The position numbers and the translations under genes are program-made. A model generated the notes under the pieces. The model had not been told where the DNA came from. It made no database searches and saw only the letters and a program-made list of their open reading frames with translations. Positions 10,226 to 20,463 of a stretch of 64,000 nt of DNA are shown here, in pieces. Source of the DNA: Rhizaria sp. SCN 62-66 (Eukaryota); NCBI GenBank assembly GCA_001724265.1, contig MEDY01000256.1, positions 1-64,000 on the forward strand, written 5' to 3'. Position 1 is the stretch's first letter. Every line of letters begins with the position of its first letter.

Positions 10226-13200
10226 ATGCAGCCCCCCGCGAGCCGCCGGTTCCGCCCGTTGGCACGCACCGGGCTCGCCGAGTCCCCGCGCGACCCCACG
10301 GCCGCGGACCTGGCCTCTCCGAACCCCAACGCCGCGCTTCCCACTCCGGACCCGCGCCACCGTCGTCCCGCCGCGCCCGCGGGCCAGCACGAGCACGCAT
10401 TTACCACCCCCGCCGGCCCCGGCGCCGCCGCGGCAGGCCCCGGCCGCGCCGCCCGCGCCCGGGGTGGCGCCGGTGCCCCCGACACGCCGACACCCAGCGC
10501 CGCCCGCGGCGGCCGCCACGCGACTGCGACGACGACTGCGGCCCCGGCCGGCGCGCGGTGGGGCGCCGGCGGGCTGGCGTCCTCGGGCACCGACGACGAG
10601 TCGCAGTCCGTCGACAACACTCCCGCCCCCGCGGCCTCTCGCCGCAAGCCCACCGCGGCGGCAGCACAGCGGCGGCGTCAGCGGCCCCACGCGGCGGCCG
10701 ACTACGACGACGAGGACGAGGACGAGGAGGACTACGACGACTACGAGTACGAGTACGAGTACGACGACGACGACGGCTACGACGCCGCCGCCGCCGCCCC
10801 CGGCCCGCGCGCGGTGGCACCCCACGCGGGCTTTTACGGCCCCCAGGGCTTCGCTCCTCCCGGCTACCCCCCGCAGCACCAGCACCCCGGCCAGCCGGGC
10901 CTGGCGCAGCAGTACGGCGGCTACCAGTCCTTCCAGCCTCAGTCGCAACAGCAGTACTACCCCAATGTTAATATGCGTCCCAGTCAAGGTATGTTATTTC
11001 ACTGTACAGCTTTCAAAACAGTACGAATCGCATCATATAACATCGAAATTCGACGATTATCAATGTATCACAATTCTAATAACGTATATCACGTCTTTAT
11101 TTTGCATATCTTACATCATCGCGATATATCTCCTCATTATGCTCTCTCCACCCAGGCTACGGACCGCACCCCGCGTACCCGCAGCAGCAGGCCGGTTACT
11201 ACCCCCCGCAGGCCGGCCCCTACGGCTCCCAACCCCTGTCCCAGCAGCAGCAGCAGATGGCGGACGGCTCTTACTTCCGCAAGCCCCAGCCCGCTGTCGG
11301 CGGCGCGCTGGTGAGCGACTCCAGCGACGCCGGGCTCGATCACGGCGCGCAGGCCGCCGCCGACCGCCGCCGCCGCGAGCGCGACCGCGACCGCGAACTC
11401 AGGCGCATGGCCGCCGCGGCTGCCACAGGTGGATATGACCAGAGCGACTCGGCGACGGCCGACGAGGTTCAGTACCGGCCGCTCGCCAAACAGAGGCAGA
11501 AGCAGGGCGCGGCACCGGCGCCAGTGGCGGTGCCAGTGCGGCCGACGGGCGCGTTCGCGGCGTACCGGCCCCACCGCCGCCCCGCAGCCGGCTCCGACGA
11601 CTCCGAATCAGAGTCGGACTCGCTGGCCTCGGACTCCGCCGCCGCCAACGCCAGCGGCGCTGCGGCCGCCGACGACACCGAGCTCTCTGACGCCAGCTTC
11701 GTCGCTCACGCAGGCACCCCCGCCCGTCCGCCCCCCGCGCTGAGCGCGGCGGCGGCGGCGGCGGCGGCGGCCGAGCTGGCGGTGACCCCGGGCGGCGGCA
11801 TCGCCTCGGTGCCCGCGGCGCGGCGGCCCGCGCAGCATCCGCACGCGAGCGACGCCGAGGCAGACGCGCAGACGCCCGCGGGCCGCGCGCGCGCGCGCGC
11901 CCACAACCTCGCGGGCGCGGGCGCGGGTGTGGGCGGACTGGGCGCCACGCCGCGCCCGGGCCTCCGGCGCGATACTGAGGAGGCGGGGGCCAAGGCAGGC
12001 GAGGCGGGCAAGCACTCTGCGCCGATGAAGGTCCCCGTCGGCCGCGTCACAGCCGCATCCTACGCCGCGCGCGACGCCGCCGCCGCCACTGCCGCCACTG
12101 CCGCCACTGCCGCCCCTGCCGCTGCGGAAGAGAACAAGAGCCAGCGCGGCGACGCCCCCGCGCTGGATGTCACCGCGGCCAACGCCGCCAACGTCAGCGG
12201 CGCGGGCAGCACGCTTAGCAAGGGCGCGTTCGCCGGTGTCGCCGCCGGCGACGCGAGCGACGACGCCAACGACTACGGCGAGGTCGTAGCGGCCGACGAC
12301 GACTACGAGGGCTACGCCAGCGGCGACGAGGGAGCGTTCCCGCCTTCGGACGCCGAGGCCGACCACGCCGCCTCGCTCGCCAAGCGCGCACAGACCCACG
12401 CGCAGGCGCAGGGCCGGACGGGCAGCAGCCTGCGGAGCCCGGACGAGCCCAGCAAGGCCCCCTCGAGCAAGGGCAGCGTGTTGAGCACCCCCGGCGCGAG
12501 CGCGCTGGACGCCAGCACCGGCAGCGCCGGCGGGCTCTTCAGCGGCGGCGCCGCGGGGCTCCCGCTGGCCGGTCTTGGCTACCACGGCGCCGCCGCGGCC
12601 GGGGTGCCCTCGCCCGCCGCAGCCAAGCGCGCGTCGGCTGCCGCTGTGGCCGCCGCAGCCGCCGCAGCCGCGAGTGTCAGTGCCGGTGCGGCTGAGAAGG
12701 ACATGTTGGATCTGTCGCCCATCGTGGCCCCGCCCAAGGGTGGGAAGATCAATCCTTTCATCATCGACTCGGCCGCTAAGTCCTCCGTCGCTGCCAGCCA
12801 TGGCCACGGCGACGGCGGTGACGATGGCGCCGACTACGGCGCCGACTACAACGATGACGACGACTATAACGCCGCAGACGGCCAGAGCGCAGTCAACACT
12901 TCGCGTGCAAGCACGGTCCGCCCGTCGCCGCGGCGCTCCGACAAGCAGAGTGCTGTCGCCGCCGCCTCTGCCGGCGACTACAGCGAGGAGGCCCTGGACG
13001 CCTACGTCGACGAACGCAGCAGCAGCGCTAGCGCCAGCGCCAGTGCCAGTGCGGGGAAGAAGCCCCGTGGGCGGCCGCCGCAGCACGAGCGCGCGGGCGA
13101 GATGTACGACGACGACGATAACTACTTCCGCCCGCACCTGCAGGGCGCCAAGAAGGCCTCCAAGGCCGCCGCCGCCGCCGAGGCCGAGTCTGTTCACGGC

Positions 13201-14406
13201 CGCATCGTGTTCCACGAGCGCGCCGACTCGGAGCGCCTCAAGGCCGGCGGGCGCGCGGGGCGCGGCGGCGGGGACTTCGAGGCGCGCGTGATGGCGCGGG
13301 CGACCGAGTTGGCGGCGGCGCGGCTGCAGGCGACGGCGGCGCTGGAGCCAGCGCAGCCGAAGCGCGGCCGCGGCCGCCCGCGCAAGCCGGTGCCGACGGC
13401 GGAGGAGCTGGCCGTCGCCAAGGCCGCGGTGACCGCCGAAGTCGCCGAGGAGAGCGACGACGACGACGGCTACGACGACGACGACGGTGCCTCGCGGCTG
13501 CGGCGACTGCCCGGCATGCCGTCCGCGCGGGACGACCACGGTATGATGCTCTACGTCGGCGGCTACCTCATCGAGCAGGAAGAGCGGGAGAAGCAGGAGG
13601 CGCTCGAGCGCGGCGACGAAGAGCTGCTGCGCCGCAGCAAGCGCCGCCGCCTGCGCCGCGGGGATCTGCCCCCAGGCTCGCACTTGGTGTACGACGCAAT
13701 CCCCAACGACCCGCTTTCGTTCATCGCGCCGCCGCTGGTGGCCGTGGAGCCGGTCGGCACGGCCGCGCTGGGGCCCGACCAGCGGGAGAAGAAGCCGCGC
13801 GGCGTCAGCGGCGGGCCGCCGGGCAGCAAGAACAAACATCAGTTCTCCGTGGTGGGATACGCTGGCGACTCGGACGACGACTCGGACGACGACGACGACG
13901 GCGACCGGCGCGTGCGGGAGAACGCGCGCGACCCAGCGAACCGGCACGAGGCCGCGGGCGGACAGGGCGGGCCCGCGGCCGCGGCGGCGCGCGCTTTCGT
14001 GCCCAACCAGACTGTGTTCTGGATCTCGGACGACGCGGGGCGGACCGAGAAGCAGACGTGCGTCAAGACGCGCGCGATGCTCACATTCAAAGAGATGGCG
14101 CAGGTCGTGCCCGCGGGCGTTGAGGTCGTCACGCCCATTGCCGCCGTGACCTTCAACAAGCCGCAGGTGCAGATGGGGCAGCTGGTGATGCCCCCCGGCG
14201 CCGTCAAGACGGACGAGACGGCCACGTCGTACGAGGCCTTCGTGGTCGTGTCGTGCGAGAACAAGGCGTTCGAGCTGGTGCTCAACGGTGCCGCCACGGA
14301 GCTCTGCTCCAACTCGCACATCATGATTCCCTCCGGCGTCGTCTACTCGTTCCACAACAAGTCGCGCACCACCGAGGCCGTGCTCACCTACTTCCTGCTC
14401 GGATAA
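10226..14406 (+). CDS. CENP-C/Mif2-like inner kinetochore protein (about 1337 aa); exons 10226-10988 and 11156-14406
   Basis: C-terminal cupin-like domain (MGQLVMPPGAVK...HIMIPSGVVYSFHNKS), RRSKR-type motif at about 13630, two AT-hooks (KKPRGRPP, KRGRGRPRK); intron GTATGT...CCCAG joins the two ORFs in frame. Start codon is inferred. Confidence 0.78.
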
Positions 14407-14810
14407 GCTTGACTAAGCGTTGCTGTCTTATCACGTCAAATGCAAACGTGAGCTTGTGCAGAGCTGAGCGAAGCGAATTGGTGTGAATGTCTGGAAATGA
14501 CGTTACGATAATCAAAGTTTATCTGTTTTTTGTCTTTGTTTTGCTTCTTCTTAATATTCTTTGTTGCTGTCTTGTTTTGAGTGCTTCTGAAACCAATACA
14601 CTTGTTTCCTTGATCTAAGTCCCCGCATGACACCTCTTACGCTGCGATCGCTTGAGATCTCGGCAATCGGCCGACGAGCAAGAACAGAAGCCAGTAGTGA
14701 TGATGCATGAGAAGAATTGGCAAAAAGTGATCGCATGACGGCGTTACGAGTGCAGCAACTAGGAAGGACGCGGAGCGCTGTGGTCAGATGAATGTAGAAC
14801 AAAAAAGAGG

Positions 14811-14895
14811 TGCGATAGGAGGGACTCGAACCCACTTGCCTCAGAGAGACCCCATGGCCTTGACATGGTACATTCACCAGATTTGCTACGATCGC
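14811..14895 (-). tRNA. Atypical long-variable-arm tRNA, anticodon AAG (Leu-like)
   Basis: Manual cloverleaf: GCGATCG/CTATCGC acceptor, GCA/TGT D-stem with GG, CCATG-TCAAGGC-CATGG anticodon arm, GTCTC/GAGGC variable stem, GGTTCGAGTCC B-box, A73, T6 terminator 5 nt downstream. Confidence 0.82.
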
Positions 14896-15518
14896 AGACT
14901 CCAAAGTGCTCGAACTGCCACGAGAAGCAGTGAGCGAAAAGTGCGGCGCTCCGAAAATGTTAAATAAAAATAATGCTTGCACTGTTTGTCTTTGCAATTG
15001 AGTTTTGTTTAGTCGTTCAGAATTTCTCATGCTTCAACACGCTCTTTTACCCCATATTAATATTTTAGTGTTTTCATCATGACTAAAAGTGGAAAAAAAT
15101 TATGATAGTCAAAAGATTAGAAGTCAAAAAATGCAAGCGGGATTGTGACACGTAAGATATGGCACGAGCATACCGAGTTACTGTGACAGCACAAGTTCGA
15201 TAGAATAAGGGTCTATTTTTTCCCGAAAATCAAGACTGCATGCCGATTATTAGGTATCAGGGGGGTAGTAAGTAAACAATACTAGAATTCGTTGGGTCAG
15301 CACATCTGGTCATGTCACTCAAAGCACTCAAGCACAGTCAACGCATTAATGAGACTGCACGGCGGCTTAGGCCACACAGCGAACGTCTTTTGAGCGTGTT
15401 CCGCACATTATAGTTGGCCCCACAGTCCTAAGGCGCTATTCAAGCCACAATTGCAATATACACAGGACATTGGAGCTTTTTAGCACACAGACATCGTGAT
15501 TGTGTGAGTACACACAAC

Positions 15519-16880
15519 TCACTCCCCAAGCGTGTAGTAGACCTCATTCAGCACCATCGCGTGCGGCCCCTTGCCCGTCGCCGCCAGATACCGTCCATCC
15601 GCGCTCCACTTGACTGCGTAGACGCCTTTGTCTTCAATGAACACCTGGTCAACACATTCGCCTTCACTGCCGCCAGCAGCGCCCGCGGCGGCATTCGCAG
15701 CAGTCGCATCGGCATCACCAGCAGCAGACCACGCGTTGCGAGAGGCAGCAGGCGCTTTGGCCGTGTTGCTGAGCGACTTGACCGAGTTCTGCGCGTGCGT
15801 CTGTCCCGCACGCACATCGTAGACGCGCACGTGGCCGTCGCCGGAGCCGCCAGCGGCGACCCAGCGGCCGTCAGGCGAGAAGGCGCACGCGTAGGGCATC
15901 AGCGGCCGCAGCACGGGCGCCGCCGCCGCGCTCTCCGTCGTCAGGCTCGCCGTGCTGGTTGTGAAGCTCGCGTTCAGCGAGTTGCCGTGGCCGTGGCCAT
16001 GGCCAGTCGCACTGCTGCTGGGGGGGACGACGGCGCTGTTGTTGGCCTCGAGCTCGAGCTCGACGCGGCCAGACGCGAGGTCCCAGACCTGGATCGCGTG
16101 GTCGGGGCGGCACGAGCCTGTGAGGAGGCGCCTGCCGTCGGGTGAGACGTCCAGCGCGTCGCCGCATACGTGGGGACCGAAAAAGTCGCGCTCGCTGCGG
16201 CCCGTGCGCAGGTCCCAGAGCTGCACGGTGTTGTCCCAGCCCGCGGAGTAGACTGTGTCGGGGCACAACGGCGCAAATTTGACCGCAAACACGCGGTTCG
16301 TGTGGCCCTGCACGCTGTCGCTGCGGCCCGCGGCGGACTGCAGTGTGTGAGTGAGCAGCTTCGTGCCTTCGTCGTAGATGCGCACGCGCGTGTCGCGGCC
16401 GGCCGTGGCGAAGCGGTCGCCGTCGGGGGCAAAATCCGCCGCAAAGATCTGGTTCTCGGGCTCTGTGTGGTGAAACAGGCACGTCTGCGTGGGGACGTGC
16501 CAGTGTGTGACGCTGCCGTCGGCGCACACGGCCAGCATCACATGGCCCGCGTTGGACACGAACGACGCGGGGCGGAACACGACGCGCGTGCAGGGCAGCG
16601 ACTGGCCGTCGGAGACAAGGTTGCGCACGTGCGCGCCCGCAGGGGTGAAGACGCGCACGACGCCGTTAGCGCCGCCAGCAGCCAGGTAGCGCGAGTCGGG
16701 CGAGAATGCCAGAGAGAAGGCCTCGAAGGTGTCGGGGTAGTCTCCCGGGTAGAGCGAAGAGGCGTCTGTGACAGTGTCAAGCGCAAACAGAGTACGCGGG
16801 TGGTATTGAAAGAGACCCGATGAGGCGCCCATGCCAGCGGGAGCCGAGGTGATGGCATCAGGAGGCGAATAGAACGCCAT
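15519..16880 (-). CDS. WD40-repeat protein (about 453 aa)
   Basis: Repeated GH..WD/YD units (GHTNRVFAVKF...SAGWDNTVQLWD; FSPDG..A.GG.DG.VRVYD). Start at 16880 chosen from the codon-bias transition. Confidence 0.9.
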   Translation of the reverse strand: MAFYSPPDAITSAPAGMGASSGLFQYHPRTLFALDTVTDASSLYPGDYPDTFEAFSLAFSPDSRYLAAGGANGVVRVFTPAGAHVRNLVSDGQSLPCTRVVFRPASFVSNAGHVMLAVCADGSVTHWHVPTQTCLFHHTEPENQIFAADFAPDGDRFATAGRDTRVRIYDEGTKLLTHTLQSAAGRSDSVQGHTNRVFAVKFAPLCPDTVYSAGWDNTVQLWDLRTGRSERDFFGPHVCGDALDVSPDGRRLLTGSCRPDHAIQVWDLASGRVELELEANNSAVVPPSSSATGHGHGHGNSLNASFTTSTASLTTESAAAAPVLRPLMPYACAFSPDGRWVAAGGSGDGHVRVYDVRAGQTHAQNSVKSLSNTAKAPAASRNAWSAAGDADATAANAAAGAAGGSEGECVDQVFIEDKGVYAVKWSADGRYLAATGKGPHAMVLNEVYYTLGE

Positions 16881-17601
16881 GTTGGGCCGGCGTGGGGCAG
16901 AGCGAACGGGGGAAGAGAAACTGACAAGATATGACGGGAAGAAGCGCAAGTAGTGAGGGTTTAGTTCAAAAAAATTATTATAAACACAATTATATATCAT
17001 GATACTCCGAGCACAGTACAAGTGACGATCAATTCATGGATATCTGGCTGTTGAAAATTCGAACAACCGTTGTCGCCATGACTGTCAACTTCAAGAAGAA
17101 CTCCCTTGTATTCGATAAGCGAAGACGCTAACGCAATACAAAGCAAGGATAGAAGATAGAATACTGTGGATTATTGTTGTGTATTTCAACTCGAAATCAA
17201 TGGTGATTCTTTTTTCCTCACAACCAAGTTGTCGTTGAGAAGAGGCGCATCTCAGAAAAGATGTGAGACTGGTACATTTCACAAATGCACACAGCAACAC
17301 GCACGAGAGAAGAGCCAAAGAAGAAGAGAGTCATCATTGTTGTTGCCTACCACATAGTAATCAAAAAGTACATTATTTGTCATTGTCATCATCGTCAAAG
17401 TTCGTGATGCTGTTTCGTTGTCGAAAAGACTTTACAGAAAGAACTAAAAAACAGCGAGCTTTTTCACCATCCTTATCATAATCGCCGCCGTTACTCCTCA
17501 CCACACCAGAGACTTCCTTACCACTCTTGCGTCACACAGCACACCCATCACACGTAGCGGATCGATGTTTGCGCGTTGAATGAGCGCGTTCTGGAGTCAC
17601 C

Positions 17602-19247
17602 TTAGATGTAGGAGGCCTGGGTGCGCGCGGGGGCGTCGACGATCTCAGCCGAGAGGAAGTTGTCCTTGGCCCACTCGGGCAGCCCGGCGGGGTAGACGAG
17701 CGGCGTGGGCGGCATGGCCGTCATCCCGGGGGGCTTCTGCGCCGCCACGAGCGGGTGCACCAGGTCCACCTGCTGCGCGTCGAAGGCGTTGGCGACGGCG
17801 TCGTAGCCCTTGGCCTCCTCCTCGGCGTCGGCCTCAGCGTCGGCCTCAGCGTCAGCCTCGGCATCAGCGTCCGCATCGGCATCAAGCTCGCTGTTCATCT
17901 ACATCTCAGCATCAACCTCGGTCTCGACCTCGACCTCAGCCTCAGCCTCGGCCTCAGCCTCGGCCTCAGCGTCAACCTCAAGGAAGGCGGGGGCGTCCTC
18001 AGACTCAAGCTCCTCCTCAGCCTCAGCCTCAGCCTCAGCATCGGCCTCGGCCTCGGCCTCAGCCTCGGCAGCAAGCTCCTCCTCGGCCTCGGCCTCAGCC
18101 TCGGCGTCGGCGCCGACCTCGATCTCGGCGGCGGAGTCGAAGGCAGCAGCGATCTCGGCGTCGGCCTCGGCGTCGAGGGCAGCCTCGGCCTCGGCGTCAA
18201 GCTCCAGGAAGGCGGCGTTCTCAAGGTCCGCAGAGGCGGCCTCCTCGAGGGCGGGCTCGGCGTCGACGCCCTGGTCGGCCTCCACCTCAAGGAAGGCGGC
18301 GATGAAGTCGTCGGCCTCGGCAGAGACCTCCTCGGCGCTCTCGACGGCGAGGACAGCGTCCATCTGCTCCTCGGAGTCGGCCTCGAGGTCGGCCTCGGCC
18401 TCGGCCTCGGCCTCGGCGTCGGCAGCCAGGTCGGCCTCGACCTCAGCCTCGGCCTCGGCGGCAATGTCCGCGTCGACGGAGATGGAGGCCTCGCCCTCGA
18501 TCTCGAGCAGAACAGCGGCGCCAGCGTCGTCGTTGAGCTCGGCGGCAAGGGCGGCGCCCTCGATGGCCTCAGCGTCCAGCTCCGCGGCCGACTCGAGGTC
18601 GCCGAAGCTGCCGTGGGCCTCGTCCAGCTCGGCCTCCAGCTCGACCTCGGCGTCGAGCTCCTGGTCGGCCTCAGCCTCGAGCGCAGCGTCCTGTAACATG
18701 AATGGCGTCGGCACAGTAGGGTCAGAATCGTACGAGGGGTGTCGTGATGCGTTTGGGACAGGGATTGAAGAGAAAAAGGGTAAAAAAGCAATGGTAAGGT
18801 CAATGGATGATGAGTGAGTGACAGTTATGGGCGGCAGAGGTCCGCGGCGGCAGCTGGCGGTGCGCGGGGTGGGCGACAGGGAGATGCTGCAGGCATCTCC
18901 TGCCTCAGTGTGGATTGAGAGAAAGAGAAGTTGAATAGCGGAAGTAACGAAGAAGGTGATAGGGAAAAAAGAAACGTACCGCCTCGAGCTCGAGGGTAGC
19001 CTCGTACTCGACACCAGAGCCCATCTCGATGAGGGAAGGAGTGATCTAAAAGAAGGTGGGAAAGAAGGGTCAAGAGCAGAGAGGAAGTGAGAGTGAGTCA
19101 TTCTTAGCCGATTTTAGTGGGGTCAATTGAGGGACAAGACAGCGGTAAAGACGGCGGACGAACCTCGGAGGACATCTCCTGGGCAGAGACGCCACCCATG
19201 ACGGCGAGGGAAGCAGTCGCTGCAAGAACAAGAAGCTGGAGCTTCAT
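17602..19247 (-). CDS. Secreted, highly acidic Glu/Ala/Asp-rich protein (about 412 codons) with one in-frame TAG at 17899-17901; exons 19247-19164, 19045-18980, 18690-17602
   Basis: Signal peptide MKLQLLVLAATASLAVMGGVSA; two phase-0 GT-AG introns; strongly biased codons continue on both sides of the TAG to TAA at 17602. Confidence 0.8.
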
Positions 19248-19634
19248 GTTACACACTCTGGAGACGAGGCAAAGGAGACCAAAGGTGGTGGCACAGCAAA
19301 GTAAGAACGGATTCAAAGGGAAAAGCAAGTTGCATGGACAAGAAAATAATTGTGGCAAATACAACATCACGGTAAAACTCGATACATTAATTCGAAAATC
19401 AAAGTCACCACGCGCAGCAACCAAGATGTCCCGATACAAATCTGAGTAGAGGCGTGGTAAGTGACTGTGAGCTCCTCACCTCCGAACCTGGTGACCGTGA
19501 GCAACGGACTGACCGACCACTGACTGACTTGTTGACTGAGGATGCACGAAACGAGATGTAGCGAGTTCAGATGACGAGATAGGGAGGTGGAATAAAGATT
19601 TTGATCGATGGTTCTGTATTACAGATAAGCGAAT

Positions 19635-20463
19635 TTACTTGGTGGACTTCTTGGCAGCAGCCTTCTTGGTCTTGGGGGCAGCCTTGGCAGCAGCCTTGGC
19701 CTTGGTGGCCTCAGCGGACTCCAGGGCAGCACGCTCCTTCTGGACGGCCTTGACGGGAAGGCGCGAACGATGCTAAACAGGGGAGAGAAGGCGACAGAGA
19801 GAGAAACAAAAGAGAAAGAGTGGAGACGTGAGAAGGTGGGTCAGAGCAGCGAGGCGAAGAGCGAGAGGGAGACTCCAACACGACACAAATAGCGAGCGCA
19901 GGTCTGCATTGTTCACTGAATAGTAGAGCTACCAGTGGTGCATTGTTTGCGCGCGTTGGGATCACGCGGTGACGACCGCGGTCGCAACAGAAGCGCATCG
20001 AGAGGCAGCCTCCCCAGCGATAACGGTTGATGACTGAGGCACGATTCAGGACGCAATTAGACGAGCGCAGCTGCGCAGCGGACTGCAGAGCATAACGGCG
20101 AGCTCGAGAACATCGAGAACTCGATAGAAAGCGTCGCGCGAGCCACATGCTCAGTCAGGAGCACGGATGGCGATACGTCGGGGAGAAAGAGCAGGCAAGA
20201 GAGCAAGAAAGAAGAGAAAGGAACGTACCGCTGGCGGACAGCGGAGGCGCAGAGGGAGCCACCGTAGGCGCGGGAGACGGAGCGCTTGCGCTTGGCAAGG
20301 GACTTGTACTCGAAGGGGTGCCGGTGTCGCCGCAGACGGGGACGGAGCCACGCTTGCCGAGGAACTGCATGGCGAGGCGGCCACCGGGGGTGCGCACAAC
20401 ACAGCGCTTGTTAGACACGGTGTTGTAAGACTTGCGGCGAAGGAAGGTGATACGCTGAACCAT
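19635..20463 (-). pseudogene. RPL34: 60S ribosomal protein eL34 gene with two frame-breaking internal deletions (pseudogene or assembly artefact); exons 20463-20229 and 19772-19635
   Basis: MVQRITFLRRKSYNTVSNK...RTPGG...CGDTGT, then FEYK...VSRAYGGSLC...RIVRAF in a second frame, then VKAVQKE...STK* in a third; expected LxGIxxLRP and LIEEQKI are absent. Confidence 0.85.
19907..19997 (-). ncRNA. Candidate intronic H/ACA snoRNA predicted to target SSU rRNA
   Basis: Hairpin with CGCGGT/ACCGCG upper stem; pocket strands TTGCGAC and TGATCCC pair with conserved 18S GGGAGUA-U-G-GUCGCAA; ANANNA box (AAACAA) 16 nt below the pocket; second short hairpin followed by ACA. Confidence 0.62.

Noticed and set aside
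14697-14790. GTGATGA C-box next to the tRNA (possible tRNA-snoRNA unit)
   Set aside because: Opposite strand to the tRNA, and no CTGA D-box or terminal stem at a suitable distance.
14811-14895. Reading the tRNA as Sec/opal suppressor (TCA) or Leu-CAA
   Set aside because: The perfect 5-bp anticodon stem fixes a 7-nt loop with AAG central; TCA and CAA are off-centre and Sec stem geometry is absent. It is also not a UAG decoder.
19903-19916. GTGAACAAT (sense) complementary to the LSU A-loop AUUGUUCAC
   Set aside because: Only 9 nt, no canonical C/D boxes around it, and it does not fit H/ACA pocket geometry.
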